Origin: a virus
Length of the DNA: 64,000 nt
Strand: one strand, 5' to 3'
IMG/VR virus record: IMGVR_UViG_3300027659_003120
Span: 27,817 to 91,816 of that record
Each line of letters opens with the position of its first letter. Within the stretch, counting starts at the first letter, position 1. Below, piece by piece: positions 19,690 to 29,654 of the stretch. The translations under genes and the position numbers were made by a program. The notes beneath the pieces are model-generated. The model made no database searches. It worked only from the letters and a program-made list of their open reading frames with translations, and had not been told where the DNA came from.

Positions 19690-20122
19690 AAACATATTAG
19701 GTAAACCTGTTGGTTTTACCTGCTCAACTTTTGATTTATTACATGCTGGACATATTTTGATGTTAGCAGAAGCCAAATCGGTATGTGAATACCTAATTGT
19801 AGGATTACAGTTGGACCCATCTATTGATAGACCAGAAAACAAAAATAAACCAGTGCAGTCTATAGTTGAAAGATATGTGCAATTATCAGCAGTGAAATTT
19901 GTGGATGAAATTATCGTCTATCAAAATGAAAAAGATTTGGAAGATTTATTAATGTTTTTACCAATTACAATTCGGATTATTGGAGAAGAATATCGTGATA
20001 AGAATTTCACAGGAAAAGAAATTTGTGAACAGCGAGGAATTAGAATTTTTTACAATGACAGAAAACATAGTTTTTCTACCACTGAATTGAGAAAGAGAAT
20101 TTCTAGCAAAAACACACTATGA
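19670..20122 (+). CDS. cytidylyltransferase, TagD-like
   Basis: STFDLLHAGH (HxGH), HSFSTTELR. Confidence 0.88.
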   Translation: MMLVLPENILGKPVGFTCSTFDLLHAGHILMLAEAKSVCEYLIVGLQLDPSIDRPENKNKPVQSIVERYVQLSAVKFVDEIIVYQNEKDLEDLLMFLPITIRIIGEEYRDKNFTGKEICEQRGIRIFYNDRKHSFSTTELRKRISSKNTL

Positions 20123-21189
20123 AAATTTGTTTAATTAATGATACACATGCTGGTGCAAGAGGTGATAGTTTATTGTTCAATGAATTCTTTTTTAAGTTTT
20201 GGGAAGGAACTTTCTTTCCGTACTTAAAAGAACATAACATTAAACAGATTATACATTTAGGTGATGTTGTAGACCGCAGAAAATATATTAATTACATTAT
20301 ATTAAATCAATGGCGAAAAAGATTCTTTGATGTATTAGAGCGTGAAAACATTCAGATGGATATAATTGTAGGTAACCACGATGTTACCTATAAGAATACC
20401 AATGAAATTAATGCAATGCATGAGTTGTTTAACAAATATAATAATGTTAATGTCTTTATTGAGCCAGTTGAAAGAATTTATGATGAATTGCAAATCGCCC
20501 TTGTTCCATGGATTAATTCCTCAAATCATGAAAGTACATTACAGTTCTTAGATAAAACTACATCTGAATTAGTATTTGGTCATTTTGAAATTTCTGGTTT
20601 TGAAATGGACCGAGGCAGCATTTGTCACAATGGATTGAACAAAAAAATATTTGATAGATTTGATATGGTTTTATCCGGTCATTTTCATCATAAATCTTCT
20701 GATGGCACAATTCATTATCTTGGCAACCAATATGAAATTTCTTGGGCAGACTTTAATGACCAAAGAGGATTTCATGTTTTTGATACCGAAACTAGAGAAC
20801 TAACTTTTATTCCAAATCCTCATAAAATATTTTATAAAATTAACTATGATGATTCTACCGAGTCTTTTGAACATTGGAAAAAATATGATTTTACACAACA
20901 CCAAAATTCTTTTATTAAAATTGTTGTAATTAATAAAACAAATGCATACTTATTTGATTATGTTTTGGAACAATTGAATAACGCTGGTGCTGCTGATGTT
21001 GCTGTGGTAGAAGATTTTTCTGATACCTCTATTGAAGATGCCGAAGAAATGGTGAATCAATCTGAAGATACCATTTCTATTCTTTCCAAATTTATTGATG
21101 GGTTAAGTGTTGATGTTGATTCAGATAAACTTAAAAAACTTATGCGTGAGTTATATGTTGAGTCTTTGAATGTTGAAATAATTGAATGA
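20119..21189 (+). CDS. gp47: recombination nuclease gp47 (Mre11/SbcD-like)
   Basis: DTH, LGD, GNHD, SGHFH metallophosphoesterase motifs. Confidence 0.95.
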   Translation: MKICLINDTHAGARGDSLLFNEFFFKFWEGTFFPYLKEHNIKQIIHLGDVVDRRKYINYIILNQWRKRFFDVLERENIQMDIIVGNHDVTYKNTNEINAMHELFNKYNNVNVFIEPVERIYDELQIALVPWINSSNHESTLQFLDKTTSELVFGHFEISGFEMDRGSICHNGLNKKIFDRFDMVLSGHFHHKSSDGTIHYLGNQYEISWADFNDQRGFHVFDTETRELTFIPNPHKIFYKINYDDSTESFEHWKKYDFTQHQNSFIKIVVINKTNAYLFDYVLEQLNNAGAADVAVVEDFSDTSIEDAEEMVNQSEDTISILSKFIDGLSVDVDSDKLKKLMRELYVESLNVEIIE

Positions 21190-22898
21190 TATTTTTTAAG
21201 TATATAAAGTTTCGTAATTTTCTAAGTACCGGTAATTATTTTACTGAAATTGCATTAGATAATTCTACCAACACATTAGTTGTTGGTACTAATGGTTCAG
21301 GTAAATCTACCTTACTTGATGCATTGTGTTTTGTGCTATTTGGTAAACCCTTTCGTGGAATCAATAAGCCACAGTTATGCAATTCTATCAATCAAAAAGA
21401 TTGTTTGGTTGAATGTGGTTTTGACATTGGTAATAAAAAATATAAAATCATTCGTGGCATAAAGCCTAATGTTTTTGAAATTTATATTGATGGTGAATTG
21501 TTAAATCAAGATGCTGCGTCCAGAGATTATCAAGAGCATTTAGAAAAATTTATTTTAAAATTAAATTACAAGTCGTTCACACAAATTGTTATATTAGGGT
21601 CTGCATCTTTTGTTCCATTTATGCAATTATCTTCTTCCGATAGAAGAGCGATTATTGAAGATTTACTAGATATTCAAATATTTTCCGTAATGAATGGAGT
21701 AGTTAAAGATAGATTATCTGTAAATAAAGATTCAATTATTCGTAATAAGAGTAAGAATGATATACTCTCTACGAAATATGATATCCAGAAAGAACACATA
21801 CAAAAGTTAAAACAAAATAATGAAGAACAAATTACAGTAAAAGAAAATGAAATTTCAAATGTTGTTGTGATAATAGAAAATGTACAATCTACAGTAAATA
21901 CATTGAGTTTGGAAGTGGTACAGTTGCACCAATTGATAACAGATAAATCTACAATAGAATCTAAAATAAAAAAACTACATCAATTTGAAACACAAATTGA
22001 AACTAATATATCAGATTTCGGAAAAAAGTTAAAGTTTTATGAATCAAATGATTCTTGCCCAACATGTAAACAAGTAATAGAACTGGATTTTAAGACTACA
22101 CAAATTACGGAACTCAATAGTAAAACACATAAATGTTCGGATGGATTAATTACATTAGAATCACAAATTTTGGAACAACAAGCCAAGTTAAATGATATAC
22201 AAAAAATATCATTGCAGATTCAATGTAGGCAAGTTGATATTGCTTCCAACACTATGTCTATCGTAGAATCTAATAAGTATATTGGTAAATTACAAAAAGA
22301 AATAAAACAACTTTCTGAAACAAAAGAAGATTTGTCTATTGAAACTAATAAGCTTGCTGATTTACAAAAACAGTTAGAGGAATTGAATAACGAAAAGAAA
22401 GTGTTTTTAGATGAAAGATTATACTTAGATGCTGCTGGGCTGTTATTAAAAGATACTGGTATTAAAACTAAAATTATCAAACAGTATTTACCTATCATAA
22501 ACAAATTAGTAAATAAGTATTTGGCGTCTTTAGATTTCTTTGTTAATTTTAATCTAAGTGAAACTTTTAGTGAAACTATTAAATCCCGGCACAGAGATGA
22601 ATTTTCTTATGAATCTTTTAGTGAAGGTGAAAAGCAACGAATTGATATGGCACTTATGTTAACGTGGCGGGCTGTTGCGAAACTTAAAAATTCCACTAAT
22701 ACAAATTTATTAATATTGGATGAAGTGTTTGATAGTAGCCTAGATAATAATGGCACCGAATATTTGATGACGATTTTACAAATGCTTGAGGATGTTAATC
22801 TGTTTGTAATTTCCCATAAAGGTGACATTCTACAAGATAAATTTAGGTCAATAATTAGGTTTGAGAAGGTTAATAATTTTTCAAGGATAGTAAAATGA
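21186..22898 (+). CDS. gp46: recombination ATPase gp46 (Rad50/SbcC-like)
   Basis: GTNGSGKS, CPTC hook, FSEGEK, LDEVFD, ISH. Confidence 0.96.
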   Translation: MIFFKYIKFRNFLSTGNYFTEIALDNSTNTLVVGTNGSGKSTLLDALCFVLFGKPFRGINKPQLCNSINQKDCLVECGFDIGNKKYKIIRGIKPNVFEIYIDGELLNQDAASRDYQEHLEKFILKLNYKSFTQIVILGSASFVPFMQLSSSDRRAIIEDLLDIQIFSVMNGVVKDRLSVNKDSIIRNKSKNDILSTKYDIQKEHIQKLKQNNEEQITVKENEISNVVVIIENVQSTVNTLSLEVVQLHQLITDKSTIESKIKKLHQFETQIETNISDFGKKLKFYESNDSCPTCKQVIELDFKTTQITELNSKTHKCSDGLITLESQILEQQAKLNDIQKISLQIQCRQVDIASNTMSIVESNKYIGKLQKEIKQLSETKEDLSIETNKLADLQKQLEELNNEKKVFLDERLYLDAAGLLLKDTGIKTKIIKQYLPIINKLVNKYLASLDFFVNFNLSETFSETIKSRHRDEFSYESFSEGEKQRIDMALMLTWRAVAKLKNSTNTNLLILDEVFDSSLDNNGTEYLMTILQMLEDVNLFVISHKGDILQDKFRSIIRFEKVNNFSRIVK

Positions 22899-23488
22899 TA
22901 GAAGATGAGTACATAGTTTTAAATACGGACAAAACCGCTAAATCGCCAACAAGGATTACAGAAGAAAAAATCACACAGTTTCAAATTTTACCAGAAGGTA
23001 ATGTAGCATTAAATACTGTAATAGAAGAGTTTGATATAACTCAAATTTCTCAGCCAGAAATTCAAACTTTTATCAAACGATTAAAGTTTACAATGAAACA
23101 TTATCAGGGACTTGGTTTATCTGCCAATCAATGTGGTTATAAATTTAGAATGTTTATTATTGGTACTGATAGTTTTCAAATGACATGTATAAACCCAAAG
23201 ATTATTGAGACATTTGGTGAAATGAAACCTTTGCGAGAAGGATGCTTATCTTACCCTGCTTTATTTTTAAATGTTCCTAGGTATGAAAATATTCGTGTGG
23301 AGTATTATGATGAAGACACCCAAAAAAGAGATTTGTCTATTAATGGATTAACTGCTCAGTGCTTTCAACACGAATTAGAACATCTAAATGGTAAAACATT
23401 TACAGAGAATATTAAACCTCTTGCTCTATTAATGGCAAGAAAAAGACAAAAAAATACTATTAAGAAAATTATTAGGAGTACAAAATGA
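22895..23488 (+). CDS. def: peptide deformylase
   Basis: GLGLSANQ, EGCLS, QHELEHLNG. Confidence 0.93.
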   Translation: MIEDEYIVLNTDKTAKSPTRITEEKITQFQILPEGNVALNTVIEEFDITQISQPEIQTFIKRLKFTMKHYQGLGLSANQCGYKFRMFIIGTDSFQMTCINPKIIETFGEMKPLREGCLSYPALFLNVPRYENIRVEYYDEDTQKRDLSINGLTAQCFQHELEHLNGKTFTENIKPLALLMARKRQKNTIKKIIRSTK

Positions 23489-23856
23489 GTGATGTAAAAG
23501 TCCAAGAAACAACTGAGTATGAAAGTTGCCTTGATTTTGAAAGTGATGATATCAACGATGTTTCCAAATTCATGGATGGTCATGAAGAACAAAAAGAAGA
23601 ACTTCCTGTAGTTGAAGTTGATGATTCACTGCTTACCAGAGACCAATTCTTTAAGAAGTATTGGAAAGGTATGCCAACTTTTGACCAGAATGATAATCCT
23701 CCATGGAAACAAATTTATGTAAACTTCCGAAATGAAGGAGATTACAATGCATTTGCCAAGTTGATTGACCAAGCATTAACTGATAAGAGCAAAAGTATTT
23801 GGTATCCAAAACTTGACATTGAAGAAAACTCTTTGAATCGTTGGATTGTAGAATGA
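23485..23856 (+). CDS. small acidic protein of glycosyltransferase cassette
   Basis: WKGMPTF...YVNFRNEGDY..FAKLIDQ..KSIWYP; coupled to the next gene by ATGA. Confidence 0.65.
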   Translation: MSDVKVQETTEYESCLDFESDDINDVSKFMDGHEEQKEELPVVEVDDSLLTRDQFFKKYWKGMPTFDQNDNPPWKQIYVNFRNEGDYNAFAKLIDQALTDKSKSIWYPKLDIEENSLNRWIVE

Positions 23857-24755
23857 CTAATCCTAAGTATCCAGTTTATATTATATCTAAAGGTCGGCAT
23901 GAATCTATGTTGACTTCTCGGTCACTTGCTCGTATGAAGATTCCTCATTACATTGCAATTGAACCACAGGACTTAGAGAATTATGAAAAAGCATTGGATG
24001 AATTTAATATTCGCCCATATGTAACATTATTAGTTGCGCCATTCAGCAATCACGGAGATGGTCCAGGTCGTGCTAGAAATTGGTGTTGGGACCATGCGAT
24101 TGAAATTGGTACAGAAAAACATTGGGTACTAGATGACAACATTTCTGATTTCTACCGATTGAATCAGAACAAACGATATCGTGTTGAGTCTGGTGTTATT
24201 TTCAGAGCAGCCGAAGATTTTGTTGACCGCTTTGAGAATGTGCCAATCTCGGGCTTTCAGTATAGATTCTTCATTGCGCCAAACTCTAAGTATCCACCTT
24301 TCGTAACAAACACACGAATCTATTCCTGTTTGTTAATCTCTAATGATTGTAAACATCGTTGGCGTGGTCGTTACAATGAAGACACCGATATTTGTCTCCG
24401 TGTATTGAAAGATGGAGATTGCACTATTCAATTCAATGCATTCTTGCAAGGCAAAGCAGCAACACAAACAGTTAAAGGTGGTAACACCGAAGAGTTTTAC
24501 CATAAAGAATTTGCGGATGATGAAAACTTCAAGAAGACTGGTTATAACAGTAGCGGCACAATTAACAAATCACAGATGCTTGCTGATATGCATCCTGATG
24601 TTGCAAGAGTTGTTTGGCGTTATGGTCGTTGGCATCATTATGTAGACTACAATCCATTCAAAGTCAACAAACTAAAAATGAAGTCCAACATCGTAATTCC
24701 AGAAGGCAACAATGAATATGGAATGAAGTTGATTCATAACTGGAAAGCAGATTAA
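23853..24755 (+). CDS. TAGT/GREB1-like glycosyltransferase (putative DNA-base modifying)
   Basis: YPVYIISKGR, ARNWCWD, HWVLDDNI, WRGRYNEDTD, GGNT, GRWHHYVDY. Confidence 0.75.
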   Translation: MTNPKYPVYIISKGRHESMLTSRSLARMKIPHYIAIEPQDLENYEKALDEFNIRPYVTLLVAPFSNHGDGPGRARNWCWDHAIEIGTEKHWVLDDNISDFYRLNQNKRYRVESGVIFRAAEDFVDRFENVPISGFQYRFFIAPNSKYPPFVTNTRIYSCLLISNDCKHRWRGRYNEDTDICLRVLKDGDCTIQFNAFLQGKAATQTVKGGNTEEFYHKEFADDENFKKTGYNSSGTINKSQMLADMHPDVARVVWRYGRWHHYVDYNPFKVNKLKMKSNIVIPEGNNEYGMKLIHNWKAD

Positions 24756-25600
24756 TGAGTATCGTTGATGAAATAGGTAAAGAGAGTCTAAAGCGATATC
24801 TTGAAAACTGTGCTAAGGTTGCAGATATAGATATTGATGCAGCATTCAAAGTTACTTTGAATTGTATGAAGGCGCATGATGGTGCAATCATACCAGATGA
24901 TGAAATGCGTCAAATGAAAGACCTTGAGAACAGATGGTATGCATCATTGGAAACAGGAACTCCTGACTATTCTGTTTACACTGATGCTTATTATTTCTGT
25001 GAAGTTTGGATGTGCTGGTCAAAATATTCCAGAAGATATCTCAAAGAAATCAATGCACCAAAGTCTATGTTTGGTAAAAGTATAGTTGAATATATAGGTA
25101 ATGTAGACAATGTGGTTGACTTAGGTTGCGGTTTCGGTTATACTACAGTTGGTATGAAAGAAATGTTTCCTAATTCCAATGTTTATGGTACAAATCTAAA
25201 AGATAGTTACCAGTACAAGATGGCAACAGAGTTGGGCGACAAACATAATTTTAAAATCATTGAGAATCTTACACAAGTTGAAAAGCCAGGAACAAGCTTG
25301 TTTTTTGCTTCCGAATACTTTGAGCATTTTGACCGACCGATTGAGCATTTGATTGATGTAATTGAACAAGGCTCACCAACTTATATGTTGATTGCTAACA
25401 CATTCAACGGAAAAGCCATCGGTCACTTCAATCAATACAAAGATGGTACCGAAGTGTATGATGGAAAACATATGGGAAGATTGTTCGCAAAAACACTCAG
25501 GAAATATGGTTATAAAACAGTTAATACCGCTTGTTGGAATAGTAGACCAGCTTTTTGGCAGAGAGAAAGTAGTTGTTTTTTAACAACAGATATCAAATAA
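24755..25600 (+). CDS. class I SAM-dependent methyltransferase
   Basis: VVDLGCGFG motif I; SEYFEHF. Confidence 0.75.
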   Translation: MSIVDEIGKESLKRYLENCAKVADIDIDAAFKVTLNCMKAHDGAIIPDDEMRQMKDLENRWYASLETGTPDYSVYTDAYYFCEVWMCWSKYSRRYLKEINAPKSMFGKSIVEYIGNVDNVVDLGCGFGYTTVGMKEMFPNSNVYGTNLKDSYQYKMATELGDKHNFKIIENLTQVEKPGTSLFFASEYFEHFDRPIEHLIDVIEQGSPTYMLIANTFNGKAIGHFNQYKDGTEVYDGKHMGRLFAKTLRKYGYKTVNTACWNSRPAFWQRESSCFLTTDIK

Positions 25601-25603
25601 TAC

Positions 25604-25631
25604 TTGACAATCCCTGTGGTTGTGTTACAAT
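25604..25631 (+). promoter_or_regulatory. sigma70 early promoter with upstream GTTG-N8-CAAC palindrome (25572-25587)
   Basis: TTGACA-16-TACAAT with TGn. Confidence 0.7.
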
Positions 25632-25656
25632 TCATTTATGAAATTTAGGAACACCT

Positions 25657-27936
25657 ATGGAATTCACTCAAGAATCTAAGACTCAACTAGCCAAACTGAT
25701 GGCTACCGAGAATGTTACTGTAGAACACCGTAAGGTGCAAACTGCAACATTCAACCTAACTACCCGAATACTTACTCTTCCTATATGGAAAGATATGTCT
25801 GGTGATATGTATGACTTGCTGACAGGTCATGAAGTTGGTCACGCACTAGAAACACCAGAAGAAGGTTGGCATAATGCTTTAACTGGAACAGGGAAATTCA
25901 ATAAAAATTACAAAAACTTCTTGAATGTTGTAGAAGATTCTCGCATTGAAAAGAAAATGAAACGGCGTTTTCCTGGATTAAAACCAGCATTCATTCGTGC
26001 GTATAAACAATTAATAGAACAAGATTTTTTTGGCATTAAGAATTATGATATTAATGGATTGTCTTTTATTGACAGGCTGAACCTCTATACTAAAGCAGGA
26101 GTTTCATTAGGTATTAATTTTACTGATATAGAATTAAATTTGTTATCTGGCGTAGAAGCCTGTGAAACCTGGAATGATGTTCTAGAAATTACTGAATCTA
26201 TTTACGAATATTCTAAGGATGAACAACAACAAAATCAAAAAGAAAAATATTACACATTGCAAAACACCGATTTTGATGAATCCGATGAAGATTCAGACTC
26301 TGATTTTAAAGATGATTATGTTGAAACAGATGAGGATTTGGACGACAATAATGAATCTGAAGAAGATGGTGTAGATGAAGACGAATCGGAAGAAGATTCA
26401 TCAGACAATTATAATGAATTTTTACGGGAAAAAGAATCAAAATCCACAACAAGTGAAAATTTTGTACCGTCATGCGAAACTGATGAGTTCTTTAGAAAAA
26501 ACGAAGCCAAATTACTTTCTGAAAAATCTAAAGAATATGTTTATTTAAATATTCCTACTCCTAATTTATCTGAGATTATTACACCACATAAAATAGTACA
26601 TGATTTAATGCAAAAGTTTTGGAAAGACTATTATCATTTTAGACCATTATCTAATAGTTTTGGTATTATGCAAGATAAACTATTGAAGGAATTTAAAAGC
26701 AAAAACGAACAATATGTGTCTCTACTTGCAAAAGAATTTGAAATGCTTAAGGCTGCTAGAAAATTTGCTAAACAAAAAATTAGCGAAACTGGTGATATTG
26801 ATGTTAATCGTATTTGCCGATACAAAATTGATGATAACATTTTTAAAAAATCAACATATGTACCTAACGGAAAATCACATGGGTTAATATTATTATTGGA
26901 CCGTTCTGGTTCTATGTCTAGTAATTTACATGCATCTATTGAACAGGTTATGGTATTAGCTATGTTTTGCCGCAAAGTGAATATTCCTTTTGTATTTTAT
27001 GGTTTCGGCAATGAAGATAGTGGATTTGGGTATGACCACAATAGAAGCCCAGGTTCCTCTTTTTCTACTAATTCAAATGAAATACGAATGTCTAATGTTT
27101 ATCTAAGAGAATATTTAAATTCTCAAATGACTGCTACCGAATTTAATTGCGCCTTGAAAAACTTAATTACTTTATCTGAGGCATTCGGTTCAAACAAACG
27201 TGGATTAGCTATTCCTTGCCCAAGAAGTGAGCATTTATCTAATACTCCTATGACCGAAGCATTGGTTGCATTAAGACCAATTTTAATGCAATTTAAGAAA
27301 AAACACAATATTGATATAGTTAATACTGTTATTATGCATGACGGCGATGCAGATTCTATCCGTACTTATCATACAACTAACACCAATTCTAAAGGAGAAA
27401 AATATCAAACTTATGCTCAATTTAGTACGATTCGTGATAATATTGTATTGAGAGATAAAAATAATAAATTTGAAGATATACTCATTGAAGATAAACGAGA
27501 GTGTGAAATAAAAAAATCAATATTTAAATGGTATCGTAAAAGTACAGGCACTAAAATAATTGGTTTTTTTATTGCGGGAACTGGTAGTAGTTTGCGTAAT
27601 GGAATACAAAATCGTTATTATGATGCTGATGGTAAAAGTTTTGCAGAACATAGATGGGTTGCAAATGATATGACTGCTTATGCTAAAACTAAAGAAAAAG
27701 TTAGAGAGTTGGCATCAAGAGTTAGAGTGGAAAAATTTCTAGAATCTAATAATGAAGGATATAATAAGTTTTTCATTATACCTGGCGGAGAAGATTTGCT
27801 TGTTGAAAATGAATCTCTTCAAATAACTGGTACAGTAACAGCAAGTAAGTTAAAAAGTGCATTCATTAAAATGAATAAAAGAAGACAAATCAGTAGAGTT
27901 TTGGTCAATAGATTTATAAAAGAAATTGCCGTATGA
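25657..27936 (+). CDS. metallopeptidase-vWA protein (CobT-like partner of MoxR ATPase)
   Basis: HEVGH (HExxH) and NVVEDSRIE; acidic linker; DRSGSM MIDAS, TP, DGD. Confidence 0.85.
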   Translation: MEFTQESKTQLAKLMATENVTVEHRKVQTATFNLTTRILTLPIWKDMSGDMYDLLTGHEVGHALETPEEGWHNALTGTGKFNKNYKNFLNVVEDSRIEKKMKRRFPGLKPAFIRAYKQLIEQDFFGIKNYDINGLSFIDRLNLYTKAGVSLGINFTDIELNLLSGVEACETWNDVLEITESIYEYSKDEQQQNQKEKYYTLQNTDFDESDEDSDSDFKDDYVETDEDLDDNNESEEDGVDEDESEEDSSDNYNEFLREKESKSTTSENFVPSCETDEFFRKNEAKLLSEKSKEYVYLNIPTPNLSEIITPHKIVHDLMQKFWKDYYHFRPLSNSFGIMQDKLLKEFKSKNEQYVSLLAKEFEMLKAARKFAKQKISETGDIDVNRICRYKIDDNIFKKSTYVPNGKSHGLILLLDRSGSMSSNLHASIEQVMVLAMFCRKVNIPFVFYGFGNEDSGFGYDHNRSPGSSFSTNSNEIRMSNVYLREYLNSQMTATEFNCALKNLITLSEAFGSNKRGLAIPCPRSEHLSNTPMTEALVALRPILMQFKKKHNIDIVNTVIMHDGDADSIRTYHTTNTNSKGEKYQTYAQFSTIRDNIVLRDKNNKFEDILIEDKRECEIKKSIFKWYRKSTGTKIIGFFIAGTGSSLRNGIQNRYYDADGKSFAEHRWVANDMTAYAKTKEKVRELASRVRVEKFLESNNEGYNKFFIIPGGEDLLVENESLQITGTVTASKLKSAFIKMNKRRQISRVLVNRFIKEIAV

Positions 27937-27970
27937 ACTTTTAATATGTTGTATATTTACAACAATATAC

Positions 27971-27999
27971 TTGACAGAATAATTTTTCCGTGTTATAAT
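27971..27999 (+). promoter_or_regulatory. sigma70 early promoter with upstream GTTG-N8-CAAC palindrome (27948-27963)
   Basis: TTGACA-17-TATAAT with TGn. Confidence 0.85.
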
Positions 28000-28032
28000 G
28001 ATATATTGATTAGTTGAAAAGGAATTTAAATT

Positions 28033-29187
28033 ATGCGTACTCCAAATATTACTTCTCGCCAAAAATTTATTACTCTTGCATTGTCAACTGGTAAGAATAC
28101 TCTTACCCGACAAGAAATTAAATTTATTTGTGATGAAAATAAATTAGGATATCCTCAATGGTTTTTGAATGATACTGCTTACCGAAAATCTCGTGGTGTT
28201 TATTCCGTAAGTAATTTACAGAATACTTCCCAAACAGTCAATCTATCTGCTCAAGTTATACCTATGAAAAAAGTAGAAAGTGAACCTATTATTAAAAATA
28301 AGATTTCTAATATTACTACAGATTTAGAAATTGGTGATTTGATTCCTAAAGTGTATAAGAATTATGTTCCTTTTGGAAATTTTGAAGACTTGTTATCTGT
28401 TGTTCAGAGTAAACAATTTTTTCCAATTTTTATTACTGGTCAATCTGGTAATGGAAAAACAATGTCGGTTGAACAAGCTTGCGCTAAAGCACAAAGAAAA
28501 TTTGTATGTGTCAGCATGACGCCAGAAACCGATGAGGGCGACCTTTTAGGTAATTATGTTCTAATAAATGGACAAATGGAATGGCGTGATGGTCCTGTAA
28601 CTACAGCGGCTCGTCAGGGTGCGGTATTGTGTATTGACGAAATTGATTACGGCGCACAAAATCTATCTTGTTTGCAAAGAATTTTAGAAGGCAAACCTTT
28701 TCTGCTAAAGAAAAAAGGTGAATTGATTTATCCTGAGAATGGTTTTACTGTTGTTGCTACAGCAAACACAAAGGGTAAAGGTTCTGAAGATGGGCGATAT
28801 ATGTTTACTAATGTATTGAATGAGGCTTTCCTAGAACGATTTTTGAATACATATGAGCAAGAATTTCCTCCTGTAGCAATTGAGAAAAGAATTATCAAAA
28901 AAGAATTGACTTCGGTTGGGCGCACCGACGATTCTTTTGCTGACAAACTAGTTGTTTGGGCTGATGTAATACGAAAAACATTCCTTGAAGGTGGTATTGA
29001 CGAAATCATTTCTACCCGTAGACTTGTGCATATTTGTAAAACATATGGTGTATATGGTGATAAAATGAAATCTATTTCATTATGTCTAAATCGTTTTGAT
29101 ATGGATACCAAATTGTCTTTCCTAGATTTATATTCAAAACTAGAGAATCCAACAGTTGAACCAATTATGCCAATAATGCAAGAATAA
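28033..29187 (+). CDS. MoxR/CobS-type AAA+ ATPase
   Basis: GQSGNGKT, IDEID, ATANTKGKG, NEAFLERF, ISTRRL. Confidence 0.92.
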   Translation: MRTPNITSRQKFITLALSTGKNTLTRQEIKFICDENKLGYPQWFLNDTAYRKSRGVYSVSNLQNTSQTVNLSAQVIPMKKVESEPIIKNKISNITTDLEIGDLIPKVYKNYVPFGNFEDLLSVVQSKQFFPIFITGQSGNGKTMSVEQACAKAQRKFVCVSMTPETDEGDLLGNYVLINGQMEWRDGPVTTAARQGAVLCIDEIDYGAQNLSCLQRILEGKPFLLKKKGELIYPENGFTVVATANTKGKGSEDGRYMFTNVLNEAFLERFLNTYEQEFPPVAIEKRIIKKELTSVGRTDDSFADKLVVWADVIRKTFLEGGIDEIISTRRLVHICKTYGVYGDKMKSISLCLNRFDMDTKLSFLDLYSKLENPTVEPIMPIMQE

Positions 29188-29211
29188 TTTAATCATTTAC
29201 CATAAAAAGTA

Positions 29212-29240
29212 TTGACATATGTTTGTTTTTTTGCTATAAT
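29212..29240 (+). promoter_or_regulatory. sigma70 promoter
   Basis: TTGACA-17-TATAAT with TGn. Confidence 0.85.
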
Positions 29241-29304
29241 GATGAATCTTGAGAAACACCACCTCTCAAGTGTCTTCTAAAGTGTGGTTTTTTTATGGAT
29301 TTTT

Positions 29305-29586
29305 ATGTCTAAATTGAATGTTAAAGAAAAAATGCTTGCTGTTTTGAGCAAGTCTGAAGGTTACAATACCTTCACTGTGTCTCAAGCACAAGCCCGTTTC
29401 GGTATCACAAATGTGGCCGCACGGATTAATGAGTTGCGGGATGAAGGTAATGCTATTTACACCAACAGAAAAACTCTTTCTAATGGTCGCAAAATTTCTT
29501 TCTATCGCCTCGGTACTCCTACAAAGAGTATGGTTGCAGAAGGAATTAAATCCCTGCGTTCTAAAGGTCAGAACATTTTTGCCTAA
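29305..29586 (+). CDS. small winged-HTH DNA-binding protein
   Basis: TVSQAQARFGITNVAARINELRDEG..IYTN..YRLG. Confidence 0.7.
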   Translation: MSKLNVKEKMLAVLSKSEGYNTFTVSQAQARFGITNVAARINELRDEGNAIYTNRKTLSNGRKISFYRLGTPTKSMVAEGIKSLRSKGQNIFA

Positions 29587-29604
29587 TTTTTAGGTAACTT
29601 TTGT

Positions 29605-29644
29605 ATAAGTTGTGATATATAATAGTATCACAACTTATTTTTTA
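29605..29644 (+). terminator. 13-bp perfect inverted repeat plus T run, TATAAT in loop
   Basis: ATAAGTTGTGATA-TATAATAG-TATCACAACTTAT then TTTTT. Confidence 0.6.
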
Positions 29645-29654
29645 TGGATTAATT

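Noticed and set aside
25657-29187. Cobalamin biosynthesis auxiliary genes (cobS/cobT)
   Set aside because: Motifs only support a generic MoxR AAA+/vWA pair; no cobN or other cob genes.
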